From Eledone cirrhosa (taxonomy: Eukaryota): 64,000 bases of DNA. The first letter of the stretch is position 1. Each line of letters opens with the position of its first letter. The stretch is taken from contig OZ024747.1 of the NCBI GenBank assembly GCA_964016885.1, forward strand, positions 83,142,001 to 83,206,000, given 5' to 3'. Positions 40,057-51,803 of the stretch are shown here, piece by piece. The notes under the pieces are model-generated. The model saw nothing but the letters and a program-made list of their open reading frames with translations. It searched no databases and was not told the origin of the DNA. A program made the position numbers and the translations under genes.

Positions 40057-40143
40057 TTTGCCTTTCATCCTTACGGGAGTCGATAAAATAAAGTACCAGT
40101 AATCTACTGAGTAATTGCTGGCCTTGTGCCTAAAGTAGAAACA
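40057..40143 (+). mobile_element. 5'-truncated copy of the same SINE
   Basis: Perfect 18-bp TSD ATTATTTAATCCTGTTAC at 40039-56 and 40144-61. Confidence 0.88.
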
Positions 40144-41475
40144 ATTATTTAATCCTGTTACGAAGCTTCTAATGTTAGCTGTGGTCGAGTAGGATAGACG
40201 GACTGTTTTTATGGTACCTGTGTGTTGGAGGAAAACTATCCAGCAATTTAAAGAATTGTGTAGCTAATTTATTGATCACTAGTTCATTATGTGGAGGATT
40301 GAACCACAGATATGAGTGTGAGTGCTTAGATTTTATATTGTCCAGTGATTCACTTTTAGAGTTAACAGTTGAGTAGTGTATTCCACGGTTGCTTCTGCTC
40401 CTAGAATTTGAAGTTCCACGCTGCTGCTAATATCTAGTAGGGTGAAAACTTCGTCTCTCAGTTGGTTTGTCCATATGGAACGGAGAAGAGGTGACGGTTT
40501 ATGTTTGGTTAGTGAGAGATAGAACGAACCCATTTCAGAGCATCAGAGCCCGGCACTAGATGACACTGCTATGTGGAGGGAGAGGCCATTTGGCCGGGCC
40601 AAACCCTTCTCACACAATTGTAAAAATGGTGAAGAAGCAATGTTTTAGTAAAATCAAAACGCTTTTATAGCTAAAGGGAAGTAAATCTTCAGAGGATCTG
40701 CACGAGTTCTCTTCCCTTGGCTGTTATGCCATAACGTCACCAAGTTTTTACTTGGTCGCTCTACCAGCTAAAGTTATCTTTAACAAAATAAATATATAAA
40801 AGCAGACTAAGAAACACCAGCATATTCATTATAATAACATTTATAACTCTTTAATAAGACATTGTTAATGAAAAACAAGGAAGACATGTTAAAATAAATA
40901 ACCTGACTTCGTAGGAACCTTGAATACATGTTCTTCGAAGCAGACGATTGTTACTGCTGTGTATGTCTGGCACTGTAACTTCGTTTGCTCTTCCCTTTCT
41001 CTCCACCCCTCTCTCATTACACTATCTGCCACTCCGATAATTACATCAACTCCTCAATCAACTATAACATTTATTTCTCTCTCTTTATCAGTTTTACTCT
41101 ATATCTCTTTATTACTTTCTCACTCCTGCTATTCTCTCTCTCTTTGTTACTCTCCTTCCTCTGTCTCTCTCTCTCTCTCTGTTACTCTCCCGTCTCTCTG
41201 TTATCAAACGTGACGTAAGACCAACACATCGGAGGAGGAGGTTTACCTGGTCATTCAGCCTGCTAGAAATAGCAGCCAAATATCCTTTGGGGTGTTTTAA
41301 AGGGAAGGAAACATTCGGACGTGTAATTTTACGAGTATATATGTTTGCCACTATAGTGTAAATAAATTAAAATATATAATTATATAGGAATCCCGATATA
41401 AATCGGGAGGCTACCAGACAAAGAAGGTACTCGGTACGTTAGTAGAATATATGTATATTCTCATTTTATTATACA

Positions 41476-42265
41476 CTAGCGGCTCTACCTGGAGTGACTC
41501 TGATCTTCAAGCTACGCGCTCTATCGAGTAATATTACTCTAAGATCCTTCGGAGGTACCCCCATTTCGGTCGCTTGTATTCGCAATCATATTCTTTCGGT
41601 CATAACCCTAGATTTATGACCAAAGGGCAAAGGAACTCCTGGGAGCTCTTGGAGTCAATGGCCATCCAAAACCAGCACGGCCCGCCGAAAGGCGTTGCAG
41701 TGCCGGAAAAGTCAACTTCCTGTTACTAGTATGCTGGTAAGCTAGTACAACGTATCTCCAGACGGATAGAGTGGGTCCGTAGCTTTGGTTAGCGACTACT
41801 CTAGTGCTTGCAACACGAACAATTTGGGCGAGGGTATAAATGCCGGGTAACCCACCACACGGAGGAGAAAGCACCCTCTTCAAGACTTGGCCGTCAAATT
41901 CTTTCACGTGTGTGTAGTAGTGGCGCCCACACACATTATTAGCTATTTGAAAAGATGATGTATTTCGCAACTAACTGCACCGGGGTTCCTGAATTCTGGG
42001 GCATGAGAGTGAGATCCGTCATCTCGACAGCAGTCGATGAATGAATGAATGACCATAGGTAAGGGTTGGCATTAATATCGAATTTTTTCTAATTACCGAA
42101 TGCTGCAGCTGGCGCATTACTGCACCAACTCCTGCAATTCTTGCACTTAATTCAGCCTTCTGCCTTCCGTCACTTGTGAATACGGCTCCAAGATACTTGA
42201 ACTTTTCCACCTGCTTCAGTGGAACTCCATTCACATGTAGAGTGCACTGAGCAGGCTTCCTTGAG
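41476..42265 (-). mobile_element. Degenerate RTE (Expander-like) RT C-terminus interrupted by a nested insertion
   Basis: QVEKFKYLGAVFTSDGR...LTYGH (42050-42265) continues in frame as KSRVMTER...RIQATEMGYLRR (<41616) once 41623-42055 is removed. Confidence 0.82.
41623..42048 (+). mobile_element. Nested ~426-bp GC-richer non-coding retroelement with (ATGA)n tail
   Basis: 7-bp TSD ATGACCA at 41616-22 and 42049-55. Ends GATGAATGAATGA. Confidence 0.7.
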
Positions 42266-42706
42266 ATAATGTATTTATATATACACACTCGTGCATTCAT
42301 TACACTATAATGTATATTTATACACACATACATATGTACTACTTTCCAATCACAAGGTCCTCGGTTCTAATCCTACATTTGACCCTGTAAAAAGTTATTT
42401 CTCCTAAGTTACTCATACATTTATGCTATTATATTCTAGAAATATATTATTAAAATATCGTTTCCACCTTTAATCATTTCTATGTGTCAGTAATCAACAA
42501 AAACTATAGGGTTTATCTTATGTAAATAACTAAGTTATGAAAATATAAATGTCTAAATTTGGAGATGATTCTTCCTGTTTCCAGTAATCCTCGTAAATTC
42601 TACATATCAAACCTAGTCTATAAAAATTGAATGCATTCAATACTATTGCTGTGATGACACTGTTGCTCTGGTCAACTGAAATAAAATTGTGAGTGCAATA
42701 TCAGAT

Positions 42707-43835
42707 ATCATCATCATCATCATCATCATCAGGTTTAGCGTCCGTGTTCCACGCTTGCATGGGTTTGGACGGGGGTTTTCCCACTTGAGGCAAGAGTGGT
42801 TGTCTTGCTCACATAGGACTGTCTGGCGGGTTTTCTACAGTTGGATGCCCTTCCTAACACCAACCACATTTACAGTGTGGGGCTGGGAGGTTTTTACCGT
42901 GTTGCCTACACGGCCACATTACAGCGTGGACTGTCTGGCGGGTTTTCTACAGCTGGATGCCCTTCCTAACACCAACCACATTTACAGTGTGGGGCTGGGA
43001 GGTTTTTACCGTGTTGCCTACACGGCCACATTTACAGCATGGACTGTGTTTTTTGTCGTGACACCTACACGATCTCATTTGTTTCGGGCTGGATGTTGTG
43101 TGGGACCAACATAACTTTACATTGAAAGGGTCGGTGTGGGTGGGGTGGGGTGGTGGGACGGGGGGTGTGTTTTGATAGAGATGCCTACTGACTGTAGTAG
43201 GTTTTTACTTTGTATTTAGGTAAGGCGGGTCTTCTCTATTACTGAGTACCGCCAAAGGTCTCGGTCCAGTGACATTGTCTTGGAGAGGTGTAAGCGTGTG
43301 AGGTCGGAATTTATCAGCTCGTCCCATGTTTTTCTGGGTCTGCCTACTCCGTGGCTACCGTCTATCTTTATTGCCCTGCACTTTGTTATACAGCTGTCGT
43401 CTTTCATGCGCATCACGTGACCGTACCAACGTAGCCTTCTCTCGAGTAAACAACATCTGATCCCTCTTATTTCTAATTTTTTCCTTAGTTCGTTTATGCT
43501 TTGCCGTTCACGTATATTACTATTGCACATCCAGCGGAGCATGCAAGCTTCGTTCCTCTCTAGTCTGCGTATATCCTCTGCACACAGTGCCCAGGTCTCA
43601 CTGCCATGCAGCATTGCTGTTCGTATGCAGGCATCGTATAACCTGCCTTTCATTTTTAGGGAGAACCCTCTAGCGGCTAATAGTGGTATAAGCTCTCTGA
43701 ACTTTTTCCATCCAGTTCTGACTCTAGCTACTGTACTTTCAGAGCACCCTCCCCCACTGCTGATTTTGTCACCCAGATAACGGAAGCTGTCCACTATTTC
43801 TATAGAACCCTCTGCGCAGTTGAAGGAGCTAGTAT
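42707..43835 (-). mobile_element. 5'-truncated RTE-clade LINE (RT C-terminus + 3' UTR + (GAT)n tail)
   Basis: Intact 192-aa ORF with FRYLG, YDACIR..MLHGSETW, RRLRWYGHVMR and GRPRKTW. (ATC)n on + at 42707. Internal ~112-bp tandem duplication in the 3' UTR. Confidence 0.93.
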
Positions 43836-44039
43836 ATATTTATGTATACATACATGTATATAAAAAATATACATGTAAACACATGTATATATATAAATTA
43901 TTGTCTTACTTACAAATACATATTTCTAATATCGTGTTTAATACTTCACATTGTGTCGTCTGGTTTTCTTCCATTTAATCACTCACCTTCATTTACTTAC
44001 TGTCTCACTCTCTCTTTTATTCTTTCCCCTCTCACACAA

Positions 44040-44079
<40 letters not shown>

Positions 44080-44092
<13 letters not shown>

Positions 44093-44502
44093 AGCTCCAC
44101 TGTATTTCTCTGCCTTTCTATCCCTCTCTCTCTCTCACCAACCAAACATAAACACTCACCTCTTCGTTCTCTCTCCTGGAATAAAATTGCGGGTGTGCAA
44201 AATCAGATCAATTTTACAGTCAAGGGGAAATAATCTGTAAACAAACAACGACACCAAGTCTCTATTCGGGTGCTCTGTCCTCCCCCTCTTTTGTTTCTCT
44301 CTCTCTACAGCTCCTCTATATTTCTCTCCCTCTCACCTCCTCTCTCCGTCTTCATATCTGACCCCTCCTACCACCTCACTATCTCCTTACTCGCAATTTT
44401 ATTCCAGGTGAGAGAGAGAATGTAAAATCAGATCAGTTTTACAGTCTAAGGGAAATAACCTGTAAACAAAAAGAACGACACCGAGTCCCTATTCGGACGC
44501 TC
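44080..44502. repeat. Diverged ~225-bp tandem duplication with (CT)n
   Basis: AAAATCAGATCA.TTTTACAGTC...ACGACACC.AGTC.CTATTCGG at ~44200 and ~44424. Confidence 0.8.
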
Positions 44503-44858
44503 TACCAGGTAAAAATATCTCGAAACAAAATAAACAAATTAGTAAAACACAATAAAACATCAATGTATTCGCCATATTTACATTTAAAACTTTATAATAA
44601 AACATTGATAAGGAAAAATAACGATATAGAGGTAAGATTTAACCCTGCACTTCGTGAAATTCCGGTAAAAGTATTCGTGTTGTTTTGGCAGACGATAATT
44701 ACATGTGTGTGTATAAATATATATATATATTGTAGTGCACCCGAGCACTGTACACAATTTCATTATTATTTTTTACACAAACATATATATATTATATATT
44801 ATGGAATACTGTTGGCTTCTTGCTACAATAATTTCTATACTTTTCATTTATATATATA

Positions 44859-46081
44859 CTAGCATTAAAGCCCGGCGTTGCTCGGGGTCATTAAGTTACC
44901 AAAGTTAGGTTGCACCACCCATTTTATGGCAGCACTTTTTTGTCTGCCAGGCACTGGGTGAATGAATTGCAGACCTGGAAGCAGGAGCTGCGCCAGCAGT
45001 GACAATTGTAGTTTCGCCTATGGATATTATCTCTGTGCAAAAAAGTGTTGAAATTTATTGCTTCACAGTACTTGCGCAACACGCGCGTAGACGATGCCAG
45101 CCGAACAACAGAGCTGCGATGGAGTTGTTCTGCATGGTTGTCTGTGTGTTTTCTAAATTTAAGACAGTAGGGAGGGTTGTGATATGAGGGAGAGTTAGCT
45201 GTTGTTTCTAGCAGGTTTAGTGACCTCATAGAGGATATGTGTTTTCTAAATTTAAGACAGTAGGGAGTGGTGTGATGTGGGGGAGAGTTAGCTGCTGTTT
45301 CTAGCAGGTTTAGTGACCTCATAGAAGATATGTTTTCTAAATTTAAGACAGTAGGGAGTGGTGTGATATGGGGGAGAGTTAGCTGCTGTTTCTAGCAGGT
45401 TTAGTGACCTCATAGAAGATATGTTTTCTAAATTTAAGACATTAGGGAGGGGTGTGGTATGGGGGAGAGTTAGCTGCTGTTTCTAGCAGGTTTAGTGACC
45501 TCATAGAGGATATTATTGTTTATCATTATCTATAAAAGGTAGATTGTTGTTGTTGTTGTTGAAGTGAGTGTTTGTTTGTATGCGTTTGGAAAAGAGGTTT
45601 TAAAAAAGATTTATCGCTTGTTGAATAAATGTATCTGTTGCTTTTTAAATGTTTTTTTTATCATTTGAAGTGTGTGTTTGTATGCGTTTGGAAATAAATC
45701 AGTAAGTTTGAAGTATAAAAGAGAAAGTAGCAAAATGTGTGGGTTGTAGATAGAGAGAGGTAAGCAGATGATATGAGAGAGTAAAACGGACAGTATCATC
45801 ATCAAGCTTGGAAAGAGAAAGTAGCAGAAAGTATGAAGTTGTATAAATTTTGAATGGTAGTGGAAAGAGTTTAGCAGTTTAAATGACAGAGAAAAATCGT
45901 AAAATATTGAGTTTTATCTATTTTTTGCGTAATTGTGGGTGAAATTGAAAAAATTAGCTGTGCCAAGACGCAATCGAAGCTATTTCGAATACTGAATTGT
46001 AAATTTCAATTGAAGAAATTCTATATCGTAGATTTCTATAAGAAAGGAGCATGACCACACACTGAGCTTTATAGATTATGA
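44859..46081 (-). mobile_element. Non-autonomous Helitron carrying a 4 x ~91-bp minisatellite
   Basis: CTAG at 44859-62 and hairpin CCCGGCGTTGCTCGGG at 44871-86, the exact reverse complement of the 54168 hairpin. The 5' TC end is uncertain (46075 or 46081). Confidence 0.65.
45149..45513. repeat. Minisatellite, four ~91-93-bp units
   Basis: TTTTCTAAATTTAAGAA/CA-type unit start (TTTTCTAAATTTAAGAC) recurs at 45149, 45242, 45333 and 45424. Confidence 0.95.
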
Positions 46082-46296
46082 TATATGACTCGAATTCAGC
46101 CGGTTAGAGAAAGAGCAGGCGAAGATCTTTGAATTGTTCGACAAACGAAATTACTGAAATTAACATAAATATGGCTGAATATTCCAGACATGAACGCAGC
46201 GCAGTTTTTTTAGTCAAATTAGTAGACTGATAGACGATAATTGCTTAATAAATTTGTTGTTTTTTGTTTTTGTTTTTTAAAATTATTATTATATAA

Positions 46297-46379
46297 ATAT
46301 ATGATATTAGGAAAAACGAATGTTTCGTTTTGCTACCACGACCAGTAATTCACTGAATCACCTACAAATATATATATCA

Positions 46380-46434
<55 letters not shown>

Positions 46435-46837
46435 TATTCAAAATGTTAATAAATGAAAAATATTCTCATTATCTAAATATATATTTTATTATACATATTT
46501 CAAAGGTACAATGGTGTTTAAGTACGTTTTCATCAGACAAAATATATGATTTGATATGCGACATACCGCTACGGTTTTGATTATTCAATTCCAGTATTGA
46601 CCGCCACCATTGTACCTTTGAAATATATATTTTGATAATGAGAATATTTTGAATAATATTAAAAACTCCAGGAAAATCTTCAGTTGAGTGCTTCTAATCT
46701 ATTGTATTTGTTGAGTAATCAACGAACCATATTAATCTTTGGTTAGATATATACATATATATATTGTAGGCGATTCAGTGAATTACTGGTAGTGGTACCA
46801 AAACGAAACTACCTCGTTTTTTTCTAATATCATATAT
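46297..46837. mobile_element. Foldback/MITE-like element with nested inverted repeats in (TA)n context
   Basis: Outer arms ~46297-46377 / 46758-46837 (ACCAGTAATTCACTGAATC / GATTCAGTGAATTACTGGT). Inner arms ~46431-46517 / 46605-46660 (TTTCAAAGGTACAATGGTG / CACCATTGTACCTTTGAAA). Confidence 0.75.
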
Positions 46838-48591
46838 ATATATATATATATATATAACACAAGTGCCACCTCTGAGGCTGTATCCCCATTAGTGCTTTGG
46901 AAACCACAAGCAGTCACTAATAACAGGGGAGTGTAAACTCTCCTATCCCGATGTCATCTCCAGAGATTCTGGTATTGAAATCCAAGACTTGGCAACGGCA
47001 ATGAACGACAGAGTGTGGAGATCAATTATTGAATCCATTTCAGCTGAGGCCACTGGATGATGATGATGATAACACAAGTAGGAAGTAACTATATACATGG
47101 TTTTATCAAACACACATGCATGTAGAGCTATACATACATATATATATGTTTTTTTTTCTCTATTTTTAATTATATATAAGAAAAACATACAAATAGTTAC
47201 ATAAAAAATGTCTGTACCAAGTCTGGAGGCTATTCACACCATTGCTTAACCAACTGAGAGCACTAAACTCCTCCCTGGACAAGGCACTAATTTGTTGCAA
47301 GGTTACCCACTACAGTTTGTATCTATATCCAGCTGCGTGTACTAGTGTAATGTTAAATGAAGTATTTTGATCAAGAATACAACACACCTTGTCCAGGAGT
47401 CGAACCCATGATATTATGATCGTAAGTCCATCACCCTAACCACTAGGCCATGTACCTTGTACCAATATACAGTGTCTGATCCAACTCTGTGCATTCTTGA
47501 TTTAAATCCAAGTAGATAGTATCAGTAATAGAAAGATCAATGGAAACACCATTTCTTTGATTGACCCGAGTTCCCACGAGTACAAGCCAAAGTGGAAGCA
47601 TATAGACAATATGTCCTCACCCCCTCCCACTGTAAAGTGGTCATGCAGGTGCCAAGGTAAAAGAGCACCCAGTACTCACTGTAAATGAGGTTGGTGTTAG
47701 GAAAGACATCAAGCTGTAGAAACTGAGCCAAAATCAGTCCTGTATGAGCAAGACATAGTCACCTCACCTGGCATTGCTCACAACAGGACAACCCGTCTAA
47801 CCCATGCTAGCGTGGAGATATCAATGTAAAACAGTGATGATGACGATGATCTGATGATCAGCTCCTTTCCTCTTCTTTTCCTCCATGCTAGCATGTAAGT
47901 GTAGTTTGGGGAAGTACAGTGATGATCAACTTTTTTTTCTCCCACAATGAAGATTAAGACGAGAAGAACAGTGTTAATGAAGAAATACACTGGAAATGAA
48001 AAAAAAATAAAATACAATAATTCAAACGCTGAGTAGCTTTTAAGGGGTTCAATTTCTTTATTGGTTACATTTCTGTCATGAAAAAAAGCATGATGTATTT
48101 TGAGAGTTGGGTGGAGTTGGCGCATGATGTGAGAGGTGTTAAAAGATGGGAATGGGAGGAGAGAGAGGGAGGGGCAATAATAGGTATTTATTACATCTTA
48201 ATGGAAAAATAAATTTTTTTTAATTTGTAAAAAGGAAAACATTTGAAGAGGAAGAGCATGAGGATGGGGAAGAGGGGGATTAGGGTGAACATTATGGCAA
48301 ATATTTCTTAAAAACCAAAATTTTTCTCAAGATGTTTACAAAAGAAAAGTGCTACAGCAGATCAGTTTTGATACGGTAAAGGAATAAAATGGTCAAATGG
48401 AATGAATGCTGTTTTTCAATAGAAAGATTAATATGGAAGGAGACAGTTATGCTAAAATAGGAATCAAAAGAAGAAAAGTCAGCAGTTCTTCAAAGAATTA
48501 TTACTGTATATTCTTGTCTATAAGATACACATTTTACTCAAAGATTTGGTATCAAAATCTGTCTATATCCTATATACAGTCGATATGAATG

Positions 48592-48637
<46 letters not shown>

Positions 48638-48710
48638 GGTGTCACCAAAAATGTATACTTCAATAGCATTCTAATAAATGTGTGTATACATTTTTGGGGG
48701 ACTCCCTGTA

Positions 48711-48792
<82 letters not shown>

Positions 48793-50388
48793 AACCCTTT
48801 CTATTCAAATTAAGTGTGCATCTTATATTTCGAAAAATACATTATGTATTAATTTATATTTCTATATCTAATTAAACATTTTTCACATCTATGGGTTGCT
48901 GGCAGCAGTGTATAATGACTGCTGAATATATCTCTATTCTAAACTCTGGTTGGCCAGTTGGCCCATTCAAAACGATAGCTGTTGGCATTACCCTGTTTGT
49001 TAATGTGTTAACCCCTTCAAAGGCCACATCTGCTATCACTGTATAAAAAGGAAAAAAAGCCAATCATTAGATCAGACCAAAGAAACAATGTTTCCGTTGG
49101 TCTTTGCATCACTACCAAACATATATAATCAAACTTGAAAACCAATAATAAAAAAGTTATTGGTTTTCAAGTTAAGTGAAGATTTTGTAAAGAAAAAATA
49201 AAATAAAACAGTATATCATGTAACAATATTTTTGGACTCCATTATTATCAAATGAGTTTGTTGTCATGACATTGCCAGCAGATAGTTACCTGAAAGTGGA
49301 GGGGGTTGGAGAAGGTAGCTAGCTATCAAGCAATCAATCAAACACACACACATACATCTTTGGGAGATGTATATACCTTTTTTTTTTCCAAAATGAAAAT
49401 AATAATAAACTTTACAGTGATCATTGATTTCTTACTGTCAAAATGTCTGATGGACTACCTGTAACCAAGTCCCTGACACAGTTCCAATGTTGCAGTAGAA
49501 CTGTATCAGTGACCAAATTATAAACAGTGCAACAAAGATTTTAACACCAAGAAATCAATTGTCAATGTAACAGTTTTTGAGTGTTGAATAGATAAAATGA
49601 TTCTTCCATGGCATAAATTGCTTCAACACATAATCTCAGATCAAGTCACTTGCCAGATAAGTACAACTTCGAAAATAATGACATTCTCTTGAAAAATTAT
49701 TGCATTTTTTTAACCCTTTTAATAACAAGCCCAAAATTGCCTCTGCTTTTATGAAACAAAACCAGCCATTTTAAAGGGTGTCTATTTAAATTAAAACATA
49801 ATTTTATGTAAGAACAAAGTATTTCATTAGAAATACAGTAATGAAAGATGAAATATATACAGTTAAACATCAAATGCTTTATATATATTTTACTGTTTGA
49901 CTCATCATAACCTGTGGTATCCCTTAATGGGCGATTAGATTATCATAACAGAATTCAGGAGGAGAAATATGTTGTGATCTATAAAGATTTTCAAAAAGAA
50001 TTATGGATGTAATTGAAGTTTAAGTGGTAAGTGAAACAAAATCACTGACCCAGCTTTACATACATACCTTATAGTGATATATATATTTGATACTCGAGTA
50101 TGTGTGAACATTTGTGTCTGAGAGAGAGAGATTTATTTCTTTAGTGATAGAAAATTGTTAGTACTGACTTTTGGCTATTATGGAGGCATACACACAGGTG
50201 TATATGAGTGTCAATATCTAATTTATTTCTTTACAAAAACAACAATCACCAGCATTTTAAAGCCATTTTTCCTGTTAACAAAGGACTTAGCCTTGCATAC
50301 CCTATGATAGATTTCACACTTTTCACGGGGTCCTTTTGTAGCCAGATGTCTTCCATGGCACAAATCCTAGGTTATTTCTTTAAATAAT

Positions 50389-50510
50389 TGTTTCTACTTT
50401 AGGCACAAGGCCAGCAATTACCCAGTGCATTACTGGTACTTTATTTTATCGACCCCGTAAGGATGAAAGGCAAAGTCAACCTTTCATCCTTACGGGGTCG
50501 ATAAAATAAA
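50389..50510 (-). mobile_element. Truncated SINE copy with 5' fold-back inversion
   Basis: 18-bp TSD GTTATTTCTTTAAATAAT at 50371 and 50511. Perfect 33-bp inverted repeat 50438-70 / 50480-512. Confidence 0.85.
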
Positions 50511-51751
50511 GTTATTTCTTTAAATAATAGTTTCTAATTTAAGCACAAAGCCAACAATTTTGCAAGGAAGGAGCCACTTATACTGATCCCAGTACATTAC
50601 TGGTACTTTATTAACCAACCCCCAAAACAATGAAAGGCAAAGTTTGAACAAAGAACATAAAGAGCCATAGGAATTACCACAAAACATTGTCCAATGATAC
50701 TACTAACTTATAACGCTTATTTCTTGAAATAATTATAATGGTTTACAGATGTAGGAAATATGAGTTGATTTTTGTTGATCCTTTTCACATCCCAAACTTC
50801 AAGTTAAGGTGATCTTAGAGTTAAATCTTTGCTTTAGAGCAATGATATCGGTTCGCATCACCAAGGAAAGTTATACATGTGTGACATTAGAGACTACTAC
50901 ATATATTGTTTACAGCTATGTCATATTGAACTTAGTACATAGATGGGTGACTGCTTGAGAAACCTAGGTCCTATAAGCATGAGCAAAAAAAGATTTATTT
51001 TACATCACTTTAGTCCACTCAGTTGGTAAAAATGAGTTGTACCTGTAATTTAAAGGGCCAGTCTTGTCATACACTGTGTTAAACAAAACCTCGCTGAGAA
51101 CTACCTTAAGGGTACACGTGTCTGTGGAAGGCTTAGTCACTTGCATGTTAATTTTACAAGCAGGATGTTCCTTTAGTGATTCAATCATTGTCAGAATCAA
51201 TGGAAGTCTAAGACACACACAAACTACATACAAATGACAACCAGCTTTTGTGTCTTGAGTTCCAATCTTTTCAAGTGCTTTGCAGTGTCTCTGGCAAAAA
51301 GACTGAAGTCTACTCATCCTAGATGGTAAAAATTAGCTGCAATAGACAAGCTTCCTAGCCAAGAGTAAGCATAAATTTGTCTTTCGTCTCATTCACTACT
51401 GAAATCAGAGAGTGCTGAATGTGAATCTAGTCCCTATGAATTCTGAGAGATTCAGGAAAGAATAAATGTTTGTATATAAACAGTACATGTTTCTTTTACT
51501 AACTACAAAATTAAATTATATATATATATATATATATAAATTTAATTACATAATAAACAACACAATATAATTATTTCATTACCGAAGGTTTCAAGAAACT
51601 AGATGATTCTTGCAAGAAACATCTAGCTCGTTCATCACACAAAATAATTATATATTGTGTTGTTTATTATGTAATTAAATAGCTCTGTACAATACATAGA
51701 GCACTCTTCTTTCTTTTACTCTTTCTACAGAAATACTTAACACACATACAC

Positions 51752-51803
<52 letters not shown>

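Noticed and set aside
44924-45513. CRISPR-like or repeat-protein reading of the 91-bp array (132-aa ORF)
   Set aside because: Units are contiguous with no unique spacers, there are no cas genes, the context is eukaryotic, and unit length is mostly not a multiple of 3.
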